DNA of 64,000 nucleotides. It comes from an uncultured Bacteroides sp. Lineage in GTDB: Bacteria > Bacteroidota > Bacteroidia > Bacteroidales > SM23-62. The translations under genes and the position numbers were made by a program. Numbering within the stretch: the first letter of the stretch is position 1; each line of letters opens with the position of its first letter. Location: NCBI GenBank assembly GCA_964431315.1, contig CAYSJH010000001.1, forward strand, positions 22,688 to 86,687, given 5' to 3'. Of this stretch, positions 9,129-18,686 are shown one piece after another. The notes beneath the pieces were generated by a model. That model searched no databases and was not told the DNA's origin. It was given only the letters and a program-made list of their open reading frames with translations.

Positions 9129-10131
9129 ATGAATAAGGACGCAAAACTAAACACTGGCCCGCTTCTGCAAAGAATCCAAAATATACTGGAGGAAGCGCGA
9201 AATAAGGTCTATCGTACAGCTAATACTGTAATGTTAGGGGCCTATTGGAATATAGGAAAAGAAATTGTGGAAGAAGAACAAAAGGGAAAAGACAGGGCAG
9301 CATACGGTATTGCATTAATCAAGGAACTTTCTGTTAACCTGACACAGGAATATGGCAGAGGTTATACAGAAACCAATTTGAAGTACATGAGAAAGTTTTA
9401 TAGAACCTTTGAAAAAAGTCACGCACTGCGTGACGAATTATCCTGGACTCATTACCGGATATTACTGAAAGTTGAAAAAGAAAATGCAAGAGAGTTCTAT
9501 TTAAAGGAGGCTATTTCCGGTAACTGGAGCACCAGGCAATTGGAAAGGCAAATAAACTCGCTATACTTCGACCGGCTGATCATGAGCAATGACAAAAAAA
9601 GGCTCATGATTGATACCGGGAAGGAAATAGAAACCATGCAATCCGGAGATATCATTAAAGATCCTTTCGTACTTGAATTTCTTGATGTAAAAGAGTGTAA
9701 TCAACTAGCTGAATCCGGACTGGAATCGATACTGATCGGGAAGTTACAACAATTCATACTTGAGCTGGGAAACGGTTTCTCTTTCGTCGGCCGGCAATAT
9801 AGGATCACAGCAGATAACGATCACTTCTACATCGACCTTGTTTTTTACAATTATATTCTCAAATGCTTTTTGCTGATTGATTTGAAAACGGAGAAGCTAT
9901 CCCACCAGGATATTGGACAGATGGATTTTTATGTGCAGCGATAACCCAACCATAGGGTTGATTCTTTGCACTGAGAAGAACAGGACACTTGTGAAATACA
10001 GCCTGCTTCATGACAGTAAGCAGATCTTTGCTTCTAAATACCTGATGTATCTACCTTCTACCAGACAGCTTGAACAGGAGATACAAAGGGAGAGGGAACA
10101 GATTGAACAAGAAAAAATATTCGGAGAGTAA
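9129..10131 (+). pseudogene. DUF1016/YhcG PDDEXK nuclease family, frameshifted near 9937
   Basis: AYWNIGKEIVEEEQ, ELSWTHY, IIKDPFVLEFL, YIDLVFYN, DLKTEKL in frame 1 (stop 9944); DNPTIGLILC..FASKYL in another frame (9913-10131). Confidence 0.88.
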
Positions 10132-10141
10132 CAACTTCGGA

Positions 10142-10199
10142 CCGGAGCCAACTATTCCCGGACCGCATCTATGCCTTTTCCCCTTTAACTTCTCCCTTT
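10142..10199. repeat. 58-bp direct repeat, right copy flanking the DUF1016 gene
   Basis: Identical to 8908-8965. Confidence 0.95.
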
Positions 10200-10275
10200 T
10201 TAAGGGGTGGGCGGAATATTTCATGCTTTTCTCATAAGTTTTACTGAATAACATGGGCTGATTCTTAATTAAAAC

Positions 10276-10283
10276 TAACTTTG
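10276..10283 (+). promoter_or_regulatory. Bacteroidota sigma70 -7 box upstream of glnA
   Basis: TAACTTTG matches TAnnTTTG, 31 bp before the ATG. Confidence 0.6.
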
Positions 10284-10314
10284 CCCGTTATAAATCAATT
10301 TAATCGTTCAAAAC

Positions 10315-12504
10315 ATGGCTCATCTTAGATTCCAGGCTCTCCAGGAAGTACTCAGAAGGCAGCCCCTGGAGGTTAAGTATCCATCCGCCAAGATCTCCGA
10401 TTATTACGGGATCAATGTTTTCGACAGGCAGAAAATGCAGAAATACCTTTCGATGGAAGCGTTCAGGAGCGTTCAGAAATCCATTGAGAAAGGCACCCGG
10501 ATCGACCGTAAAATGGCCGATGAGGTTGCTGCGGGAATGAAAGCCTGGGCAACGGAACGGGGGGCGACGCATTATACCCACTGGTTCCATCCGCTGACGG
10601 ATGCCACGGCTGAGAAGCACGATGCGTTCATCGAGCTGTCCGATTCCGAAGCGGTCGTCGAAAATTTTTCCGGCTCCAAGCTTGTGCAGCAGGAACCCGA
10701 TGCATCCAGCTTTCCGAGCGGGGGGATAAGGAATACCTTTGAAGCTCGCGGCTATACGGCCTGGGATCCCTCATCGCCAGCTTTTATCGTGGGCAATACG
10801 CTGAGCATCCCGACGATATTCGTTTCCTATACCGGGGAGGCCCTGGATCACAAGACGCCCCTGCTGAAATCAATGGCGGCTATTGACAGGGCGGCGACCG
10901 AGGTCTGCCTGTATTTTGACCGGAGCGTGACCCGGGTGGTGCCGACCCTGGGACCGGAGCAGGAATATTTCCTGATCGATGACGCCCTTTACCATGCCCG
11001 TCCCGATCTGGTGCTGACCGACCGCACCCTGATGGGACATGCCTCGGCAAAGGACCAGCAGCTTGAGGATCATTATTTCAGTTCGATCCCGGAACGAGTT
11101 TCGGCATTCATGAAGGATTTTGAGATCGAGGCCTATAAGCTCGGAATTCCGATTAAGACCCGGCATAACGAGGTGGCGCCCAACCAGTTCGAATGTGCTC
11201 CCATATTCGAGGAGGCCAACCTGGCAGCCGACCACAACCTGCTGGTCATGGACCTGATGAAGACCATTGCCCGCAGGCATAATTTCAGGGTACTCTTCCA
11301 CGAGAAACCATTTGCCGGTATAAACGGCTCAGGGAAGCACTGCAACTGGTCCCTCATGACCGACAACGGCATCAACCTCCTGGCCCCCGGCAAAACCCCG
11401 AGGACCAATCTGCTTTTCCTGACTTTCCTGGTAAACACCATGAAGGCGGTTTACGATCATGCCGAACTTATGAAGGCCAGCGTTGCTTCTGCCGGGAATG
11501 CGCACCGCCTGGGGGGAAACGAGGCTCCCCCGGCCATCATGTCCGTATTCCTCGGGGCGAAGGTATCGGAGATGCTTGACCTGATCGAACATGAAGTGAC
11601 CGAGCGGAAGATGACCCCCGATGAAAAGACCGAACTGAAGCTGAACATCGGGAAAATCCCGCAGATACTGCTTGACAATACCGACCGGAACCGTACATCA
11701 CCCTTTGCCTTTACAGGGAACCGGTTCGAGTACAGGGCGGTGGGTTCATCCACCAATGTGGCGGCGCCGATCATAGCCCTGAATACTGCCGTGGCCGACC
11801 AGCTGATGAAATTCAACAAGGAGGTCAAGGCCCTCATGAGGAAAAAGATCAAAAAGGACGAAGCCATATTCCAGGTCCTGCGCAAGTACATCATCGAATC
11901 AAAACCCATCCGGTTTGAAGGGAATAACTACAGCAAGGAATGGTTGAAGGAGGCGGCCAAAAGGAAACTGGCAAGCCTCCAGGACGTTCCCTCTTCCCTG
12001 GAAGCATACCTGAGTGAAAGCTCAGTAGCCCTGTTCGATCGCCAGGGAGTGCTCGATAAGCGTGAGCTGGAAGGAAGGACAGAAGTCAGGCTTGAAATGT
12101 ATACCAAAAAGGTCCAGATCGAGGCCAGGGTACTGGGCGATCTTGCCATCAATCACATCCTGCCGACCGCCATCAAGTACCAGAGCCACCTGATCGAGAA
12201 TGTAAAGGGATTGAAGGATGTTTTTGATGAGGCTGAATACCGGCAGCTTGCTGCCGGCCGGCTGGAAAGGATCAAGGAGATCTCGGAACATATTTCAGCC
12301 ATCATGGAAAAGGTAAACGAGATGATCGAGGAGCGGAAAAAGGCAAACCGTGTGGATGATTCCCGTAAAAAAGCGGGACTTTACAGCCAGAAGGTATATC
12401 CCTACCTGGATATCATCCGTGACCACATCGATCAGCTTGAACTGATCGTTGACAATGAGGTCTGGCCTCTTCCCAAGTACCGCGAACTGTTATTTGTGCG
12501 GTAG
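10315..12504 (+). CDS. glnA: Glutamine synthetase type III
   Basis: 729 aa; THYTHWFHPL, QQEPDASSFPSGG, RHNEVAPNQFE, GINGSGKHCNWS, DRNRTSPFAFTGNRFE. Confidence 0.97.
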   Translation: MAHLRFQALQEVLRRQPLEVKYPSAKISDYYGINVFDRQKMQKYLSMEAFRSVQKSIEKGTRIDRKMADEVAAGMKAWATERGATHYTHWFHPLTDATAEKHDAFIELSDSEAVVENFSGSKLVQQEPDASSFPSGGIRNTFEARGYTAWDPSSPAFIVGNTLSIPTIFVSYTGEALDHKTPLLKSMAAIDRAATEVCLYFDRSVTRVVPTLGPEQEYFLIDDALYHARPDLVLTDRTLMGHASAKDQQLEDHYFSSIPERVSAFMKDFEIEAYKLGIPIKTRHNEVAPNQFECAPIFEEANLAADHNLLVMDLMKTIARRHNFRVLFHEKPFAGINGSGKHCNWSLMTDNGINLLAPGKTPRTNLLFLTFLVNTMKAVYDHAELMKASVASAGNAHRLGGNEAPPAIMSVFLGAKVSEMLDLIEHEVTERKMTPDEKTELKLNIGKIPQILLDNTDRNRTSPFAFTGNRFEYRAVGSSTNVAAPIIALNTAVADQLMKFNKEVKALMRKKIKKDEAIFQVLRKYIIESKPIRFEGNNYSKEWLKEAAKRKLASLQDVPSSLEAYLSESSVALFDRQGVLDKRELEGRTEVRLEMYTKKVQIEARVLGDLAINHILPTAIKYQSHLIENVKGLKDVFDEAEYRQLAAGRLERIKEISEHISAIMEKVNEMIEERKKANRVDDSRKKAGLYSQKVYPYLDIIRDHIDQLELIVDNEVWPLPKYRELLFVR

Positions 12505-12648
12505 GCTGCGTGTCCGAAAGTTTGATTATAGCCGGCAGGCTGCGTATCGGTCAGGTGCCTGTTATAATTTTCTGTCAGGCATATAATCTGCCGGGCATTT
12601 TCCCGTTACACTATTTTCAACTAATTTTATGACCGTTAACCCGACGAT

Positions 12649-14640
12649 ATGAAGTACCTGACCTATCTTCTGATAGCCGGAGGGGTTTTGTTCATCCCTC
12701 TCCATGGCCATGCCCAGAAAAAAAAGGACCAGACCGCCAAGGCCCGCGAAGCCTTTGAATCAGGTGAGTACATGGTGGCACTGGACCTTTTCAAGGATGC
12801 TTACAACAAGGTAAGCGACAGGGATGTCAAAAACGAGATGATCTTCCTCATTGCGGAATGCTACCGGATCACCAACCAGCCGGATAAGGCTGAGCTAAGG
12901 TACAAGCAGGCCATAGACAGGGATTATCCCAATCCCATCATCTATCTGCGCTATGCGGATGCGCTTCGCATGGATGAAGCCTACGAGGATGCCAAGGAGT
13001 ATTACCGGAGGTACAAGGAGCTGGTCCCGGATGATCCAAGGGGACAGGAGGGCATCACCTCCTGCGACCTGGCCGTGGAGTGGATGAGAAATCCCACCAA
13101 TTACGAGGTTGAAAACATGAAATACTTCAACTCCCGGCAGAGCGATTACAGTCCCTTTTTCGCATCGGCGGATTACGAGACCGTTTATTTCACCTCTTCG
13201 CGGGAAGGTTCAACAGGGAACGATGTTCACGGAGGGACAGGGGAGAGCTTCACGGATATCTTTCAGTCCCGCATGGACCGCAAGGGAAAGTGGAGCGTAC
13301 CGGTTGCCCTGGATGAAAACATCAATACGGAATTTGAAGAAGGTACCCCGGTCCTGGCCGATAATTATTCCACCCTTTATTTCACCCGATGCAAGGTGAA
13401 CAAGAACACCAATTATGGCTGCCAGATCTATACCTCCAACAAGGTGGGGGATACCTGGTCGGAAGCCAAGCCACTCGAGCTTGAAGATGACAGCATGGTG
13501 GTTGCCCATCCGGCCCTGACAGCCGATGAGCTCACCCTCTATTTTGTGTCGGACATGCCCGGGGGATTGGGAGGGAAGGACATCTGGGTGGTTACCCGTG
13601 ATAACCTTGGCGCGGAATGGAGCAGTCCCCAGAACGTCGAGGGGATCAACACCGTGGATGACGAGATGTTCCCCTACGTTCACCCGGACGGCTCGCTTTA
13701 CTTTTCCTCCAACGGGAGGATCGGGATGGGGGGACTGGACATTTACAAGGCCAACCAGAACGAGGACGGGACCTGGGTGGTTGAAAACATGAAGTACCCG
13801 ATCAATTCCTCTGCAGATGATTTCGGGATCGTTTTTGAAGCGGATGCGGAGCGGGGATTTTTCAGTTCCACGCGGAAAGGGCGGGGGAACGATGAGATCT
13901 ACATGTTCGCGCTTCCACCCCTGAAATTCAATGTGATCGGAGAGATCAGGGATAACAGGACCGATGAGTTGCTGGTGGACGCCACGGTCAAGTCCATCGG
14001 CAGTGACGGGATCACCGTCGAAACCACTACGGATGCCGATGGGGTCTTCAGGTTCATGCTCAAGCCCAATACCGATTACGTATTTGTCGCCTCCAAGGAT
14101 GGCTATCTGAACGGGAAGGAGCGCGAGACCACCAAGGGACAGGAAAAGAGCACGGACTTCCGGACGACCATTTACCTGTCGAACATACGCGAGACCATAG
14201 AGCTTTCAAACAGCAACGTATTCTATGATTTTGCCAAGTGGGACCTCAGGCCGGAGGCCATGGTGTCGCTGGACAAGCTGATCGAAACGCTGAACGATAA
14301 CCCCACCGTCACCATCGAGCTGATGGCTAACACCGACTCGAGGGATTCAGAGGAATACAACCTGCAGCTTTCACAGAAGCGCGCCCAGAGCGTGGTGGAC
14401 TACCTCATCGAGCGGGGCATTGACCCGGCACGGCTGAGCGCCAGGGGTTATGGTGAAAGCAGGCCCAAGACGGTCACCGCCCGCATCCATGAGAGCTATC
14501 CCTTCCTGCCGGAAGGAACGGTCCTGACCGAGCAGTTCATTAATTCCCTTCCCGCTTCAAGGCAGGAGGAGGCGCACCAGCTGAACCGCCGCACGGAATT
14601 CCGGGTTCTCAGGACCGATTACAAACCGGCGGGCCAATAA
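12649..14640 (+). CDS. PorE-like protein: TPR + PD40 propeller + carboxypeptidase-regulatory-like + OmpA peptidoglycan-binding domain
   Basis: N-terminal TPRs, LYFSSNGRIGMGGLDIY repeats, FYDFAKWDLRPE..YNLQLSQKRAQSVVDYL..GYGES..NRRTEF. Confidence 0.88.
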   Translation: MKYLTYLLIAGGVLFIPLHGHAQKKKDQTAKAREAFESGEYMVALDLFKDAYNKVSDRDVKNEMIFLIAECYRITNQPDKAELRYKQAIDRDYPNPIIYLRYADALRMDEAYEDAKEYYRRYKELVPDDPRGQEGITSCDLAVEWMRNPTNYEVENMKYFNSRQSDYSPFFASADYETVYFTSSREGSTGNDVHGGTGESFTDIFQSRMDRKGKWSVPVALDENINTEFEEGTPVLADNYSTLYFTRCKVNKNTNYGCQIYTSNKVGDTWSEAKPLELEDDSMVVAHPALTADELTLYFVSDMPGGLGGKDIWVVTRDNLGAEWSSPQNVEGINTVDDEMFPYVHPDGSLYFSSNGRIGMGGLDIYKANQNEDGTWVVENMKYPINSSADDFGIVFEADAERGFFSSTRKGRGNDEIYMFALPPLKFNVIGEIRDNRTDELLVDATVKSIGSDGITVETTTDADGVFRFMLKPNTDYVFVASKDGYLNGKERETTKGQEKSTDFRTTIYLSNIRETIELSNSNVFYDFAKWDLRPEAMVSLDKLIETLNDNPTVTIELMANTDSRDSEEYNLQLSQKRAQSVVDYLIERGIDPARLSARGYGESRPKTVTARIHESYPFLPEGTVLTEQFINSLPASRQEEAHQLNRRTEFRVLRTDYKPAGQ

Positions 14641-14644
14641 CCGG

Positions 14645-15820
14645 ATGGCGGGGGAAAAATCCAAATATGGCCGCCGGGGAGTATCCCATTCCAAAACCGA
14701 TGTTCACCGGGCCATACAGAAGCTTGACAGGGGACTCTTCCCGAATGCATTCTGCAAGATTGTCCCCGATATCCTCGGGAACCGTGACGACCACTGCGTG
14801 GTGATGCATGCCGACGGGGCAGGCACCAAATCCTCCCTCGCTTATATTTACTGGAAGGAGACCGGCGATCTTTCCGTCTGGCGCGGCATTGCACAGGACG
14901 CCATTGTCATGAACCTCGACGATCTGATCTGTGTCGGGGCGGTGGACAACATCCTGCTTTCCTCGACCATAGGCCGGAACAAGCTCCGGATACCGGGCGA
15001 GGTGATTGCCGAACTGATCGACGGCACCGAGGAGTTCCTGCTAATGCTGAGGGACCATGGCATCGGAATTTATTCGACGGGGGGAGAGACGGCCGATGTC
15101 GGCGACCTCGTGCAGACCATCATCGTGGATTCGACCGTAACCTGCCGGATGCCGCGTGCCAGGGTGGTTGAGAACAGGATCCGTGCGGGGGATGTAATAG
15201 TGGGACTCGCATCCTTCGGCCAGGCTTCTTATGAGAAGTCCTACAACGGGGGAATGGGGAGCAACGGGCTAACCTCCGCCAGGCACGACGTATTCTCAAA
15301 GATCTATACGGAAAAATACCCCGAATCGTACGATCCTTCGATCTCCCCCGAGCTGGTTTATTCGGGCTCCTGCCTCCTCACCGACCCGGTCCCCGGCATC
15401 CCCCTCGATGCCGGGAAACTGGTACTGTCCCCCACCCGGACCTACGCCCCCGTGATCAGGAGCGTGCTGCAGGAGTTCCGGGACGGGATACACGGGATGA
15501 TCCACTGCTCCGGGGGGGGACAGACAAAGGTCATGAACTTCGTGGATAAGGTCCGGGTGGTCAAGGACAACCTGTTTGACCTACCCCCGCTGTTCCGGCT
15601 GATCCGTGAACAATCCGGGACTTCCTGGAAGGAAATGTACCAGGTCTTCAACATGGGCCACCGTTTCGAGATCTACCTGGAGGAAGAACTGGCTGAAAAG
15701 GTCATGGCCGTCTCAGGCTACCTGGGGGTAAGCGCCCGCATCATCGGCCATGTTGAGGCTGCAGGGAAGAAGGAGCTGGTGATCGAGGGACCGGGGGGGA
15801 CTGAAAAGGTTTGGGACTAA
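14645..15820 (+). CDS. purM: Phosphoribosylformylglycinamidine cyclo-ligase (AIR synthase)
   Basis: MHADGAGTKS, AQDAIVMNLDD, GGETADVGD, NGLTSARH, MYQVFNMGHR. Confidence 0.93.
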   Translation: MAGEKSKYGRRGVSHSKTDVHRAIQKLDRGLFPNAFCKIVPDILGNRDDHCVVMHADGAGTKSSLAYIYWKETGDLSVWRGIAQDAIVMNLDDLICVGAVDNILLSSTIGRNKLRIPGEVIAELIDGTEEFLLMLRDHGIGIYSTGGETADVGDLVQTIIVDSTVTCRMPRARVVENRIRAGDVIVGLASFGQASYEKSYNGGMGSNGLTSARHDVFSKIYTEKYPESYDPSISPELVYSGSCLLTDPVPGIPLDAGKLVLSPTRTYAPVIRSVLQEFRDGIHGMIHCSGGGQTKVMNFVDKVRVVKDNLFDLPPLFRLIREQSGTSWKEMYQVFNMGHRFEIYLEEELAEKVMAVSGYLGVSARIIGHVEAAGKKELVIEGPGGTEKVWD

Positions 15821-15851
15821 AAGTTCCAAACTAAAAGTTCCAAACCTTTCC
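15807..15851. repeat. Left repeat element, overlapping the purM stop codon
   Basis: aggtttgggactaaaagttccaaactaaaagttccaaacctttcc; related to 16537-16596. Confidence 0.8.
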
Positions 15852-15937
15852 ATCGTTCGTCAAAAAACGATCTACTTAATTGACTTTCATTGGCGGATTT
15901 TAGAAATTGCCTGACCATTCACCAAAACCCCTTATTT

Positions 15938-16468
15938 ATGAATAAATTAGTTTTACTTCCGGTCGTCTTTTTCTTATTTACCGGCTGTACACAGCTGGCA
16001 GAAAAAGGTAAAAAAGAACACGATGAAACCGCCAAGCAGAACCTTGAACTGGTCAAAAAGATGGTCCAGGCTTACGAAAATGAGGACATGGCTGCCCTCA
16101 GGGAGATCTATTCTCCGGACCTGCAATCCGTTGGTCCCCAGGTCAAATATGATTTTCCTTATGATACGATAATGGCATCCAATGAAGACTGGTTCAAGCA
16201 AGCTGATTCAATCAAATTTGATGTGGACATTATGCTGCCGGAGATTGTCAAAGAAGGTGATCTGGCCGGGAACTGGGTCCTGCTCTGGGCTGATATCAGC
16301 TGGTATGATCTTAAATCCGGTAAAAAGCTTAAAGTTATGTACCATTCTCCCCTGCGCATAGAAAATGGCAGGATCGTCTTCGAAGCAGCCTTCTGGGACG
16401 AGTGGGATGCATTCAAGCAGCTGGGCGCCAAACTGGAATGGCCTGATGCTGATGAGAAGGATATGTAA
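15938..16468 (+). CDS. SnoaL/NTF2-like fold lipoprotein
   Basis: Lipoprotein signal MNKLVLLPVVFFLFTGC; NLELVKKMVQAYENEDMAALREIYSPD and RIENGRIVFE are NTF2-like; AT-richer than neighbours. Confidence 0.7.
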   Translation: MNKLVLLPVVFFLFTGCTQLAEKGKKEHDETAKQNLELVKKMVQAYENEDMAALREIYSPDLQSVGPQVKYDFPYDTIMASNEDWFKQADSIKFDVDIMLPEIVKEGDLAGNWVLLWADISWYDLKSGKKLKVMYHSPLRIENGRIVFEAAFWDEWDAFKQLGAKLEWPDADEKDM

Positions 16469-16509
16469 AAATACCAGATAAGAAATAAGAAGATTGTTAA
16501 TCATCTAAA

Positions 16510-16536
16510 CCGGGCTGGACTCAGTCTGGTTTTTTT
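16510..16536 (+). terminator. Rho-independent terminator candidate after the SnoaL-like gene
   Basis: ccgggctg-gact-cagtctgg stem (G-U pairs) followed by a T7 tract. Confidence 0.55.
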
Positions 16537-16596
16537 AGGTTTGGAACTAAAAGTTTGGGACTTTTAGTTCCAAACCAATAGTCCCAAACCTTCTCC
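16537..16596. repeat. Right repeat element containing a perfect 17-bp-arm hairpin
   Basis: ggtttggaactaaaagt-ttggg-acttttagttccaaacc then aatagtcccaaaccttctcc; its left arm nearly copies the purM 3' end. Confidence 0.85.
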
Positions 16597-16615
16597 ACAG
16601 CTCACTAATTTTTCT

Positions 16616-16623
16616 TAACTTTG
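16616..16623 (+). promoter_or_regulatory. -7 box upstream of prfA
   Basis: TAACTTTG, 26 bp before the ATG. Confidence 0.6.
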
Positions 16624-16649
16624 CAGCCGTTTAAATCCGATGTTGTTAT

Positions 16650-17741
16650 ATGAGCGGTAACCTTATACTGGATAAGCTTGAGGGAGTTAAGGACAGGTTC
16701 GAGGAGGTCGGCAGGCTGATCAACGAGCCGGAGATCATCTCCGACATGAAGAGGTATGTGAAGCTCAATAAGGAGTACAGGGACCTGGAACCGATCATCC
16801 AGGCCTACAAGGATTATAAGAACCTGTTGAGCAATATTGCCACGGCGAAAAAGATGCTTTCGAGCGAGAAGGACGAGGAGATGAGGGAAATGGCAAAGAC
16901 GGAGCTGGACGAGCTTTACCAGCAGGTGGAGCCGATGGAGGAGAACATCAGGTACCTGCTGGTCCCGGTCGATCCTGAAGACGATAAGAATGCCATGCTT
17001 GAAATCCGGGCAGGCACCGGGGGGGACGAAGCCAGTATCTTTGCGGGTGATCTGTACCGCATGTACCAGAAATACTGTGAATCCAGAAGATGGAAACTGG
17101 AAGTCTCAAGTTTTACGGAAGGGACCGCAGGAGGCTATAAGGAGATCATCATGCATGTGAAGGGAGAAGGTGCCTACGGAATCCTTAAATACGAATCGGG
17201 AGTGCACCGTGTGCAGCGCGTTCCCCAGACGGAGACCCAGGGCCGGGTGCATACTTCGGCTGCCTCCGTGGCGGTTCTTCCGGAAGCAGGAGAGTTTGAC
17301 GTTGAGCTTAAGGAATCCGACATCCGGAAGGATACCTATTGTTCCTCGGGTCCCGGCGGACAATCGGTGAACACCACCTATTCAGCCATACGCCTGACGC
17401 ATATTCCCAGCGGGATCGTGGTAACCTGCCAGGATCAGAAGTCCCAGTTGAAGAACCTGGACAAAGCCATGACGGAACTGCGCACGCGTCTCTACAACCT
17501 GGAATACCAGAAATATCTCGACAAGATCTCCTCGAAAAGGAAAACAATGGTGTCCACGGGGGACCGCTCCGCAAAGATCCGGACCTATAACTTCCCGCAG
17601 GGCAGGATGACGGATCACCGGATCAACCTTACCATGTACAACCTGCATTCGATCATGAACGGGGAGATCCAGGAGATCATTGACAAGCTGCAGATGGCGG
17701 AGAATGCAGAGCGTTTGAAAGTAAGCGAGTTGGAGGCATAA
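16650..17741 (+). CDS. prfA: Peptide chain release factor 1
   Basis: [12 protein letters not shown] (PxT), SGPGGQSVN (GGQ), RTYNFPQGR. Confidence 0.97.
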   Translation: MSGNLILDKLEGVKDRFEEVGRLINEPEIISDMKRYVKLNKEYRDLEPIIQAYKDYKNLLSNIATAKKMLSSEKDEEMREMAKTELDELYQQVEPMEENIRYLLVPVDPEDDKNAMLEIRAGTGGDEASIFAGDLYRMYQKYCESRRWKLEVSSFTEGTAGGYKEIIMHVKGEGAYGILKYESGVHRVQRVPQTETQGRVHTSAASVAVLPEAGEFDVELKESDIRKDTYCSSGPGGQSVNTTYSAIRLTHIPSGIVVTCQDQKSQLKNLDKAMTELRTRLYNLEYQKYLDKISSKRKTMVSTGDRSAKIRTYNFPQGRMTDHRINLTMYNLHSIMNGEIQEIIDKLQMAENAERLKVSELEA

Positions 17742-17773
17742 CACATGTTGGAAGCATAACATTAAGGCTTTTT

Positions 17774-18610
17774 ATGACTTACGAGGGACTCTACAGGCAA
17801 ATTCTTGAAAAACAATCCTTCCTGTGTATTGGCCTCGACACGGACATCGGCAAAATTCCCACTCACCTTCTCAAATCTTCTTCGCCCGTCCTGGATTTCA
17901 ACCGCGCAATCGTTGATTCAACACATGACCTGGCCGTTGCCTACAAGCCCAACCTGGCTTTTTACGAGTCCAGGGGAGCGGCCGGGTGGGAGGATCTGGC
18001 CCGGACCGTTGAATACATCCGTTCGGTCGATCCCTCAATTTTCCTGATCGCAGACGCCAAGCGGGGGGACATCGGGAATACGGCGTCCATGTATGCGCAA
18101 ACCTTCTTTAAGGAGCTGGACTTCGATGCGGTAACCCTCTCACCCTACATGGGTAAAGATTCCATCCAGCCCTTCCTTGAGTATCCGGGGAAATGGGTGA
18201 TCCTGCTGGGACTGACCTCCAATCCCGGGGCGGAGGATTTCCAGTTCCTCCGGCTGGAAAGCGGCAACCAAAGCGGCAACCAGCGCCTTTACGAGGAAGT
18301 CCTCCAAAAAGCTTCCGGGTGGGCGGGGCCCGACCAGATGATGTTCGTTGCAGGAGCAACCAGGCCGGAGCTTATATCCGGAATACGCAGGATATTGCCC
18401 GACCATTTTCTGCTGGTGCCCGGCATTGGCGCCCAGGGAGGCAGCCTGGAAACAGTGGTCCGCGAAGGCATGAATGAGCACTGCGGACTGATCGTCAATT
18501 CCAGCCGCTCCATCCTCTATGCCGGTGATTCATCCGGTTTCGGCGCAGCGGCCCGGCAGAAGGCCCTTGAACTTCAAAAGGCCATGTCCGGATACCTTAA
18601 CCGGAAATGA
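17774..18610 (+). CDS. pyrF: Orotidine-5'-phosphate decarboxylase
   Basis: LCIGLDTD, YKPNLAFYE, IADAKRGDIGNT, LLVPGIGAQGG, NSSRSILYA. Confidence 0.96.
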   Translation: MTYEGLYRQILEKQSFLCIGLDTDIGKIPTHLLKSSSPVLDFNRAIVDSTHDLAVAYKPNLAFYESRGAAGWEDLARTVEYIRSVDPSIFLIADAKRGDIGNTASMYAQTFFKELDFDAVTLSPYMGKDSIQPFLEYPGKWVILLGLTSNPGAEDFQFLRLESGNQSGNQRLYEEVLQKASGWAGPDQMMFVAGATRPELISGIRRILPDHFLLVPGIGAQGGSLETVVREGMNEHCGLIVNSSRSILYAGDSSGFGAAARQKALELQKAMSGYLNRK

Positions 18611-18686
18611 CGGCCCGGTATTCTCCCTGATCATACGATATTTCAACTAACCAGGCATAAAGGGATATAATCCCCGCACGCCGGCC

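Noticed and set aside
16650-17741. prfB-type programmed frameshift
   Set aside because: Single continuous ORF with the RF1 PxT motif, not SPF.
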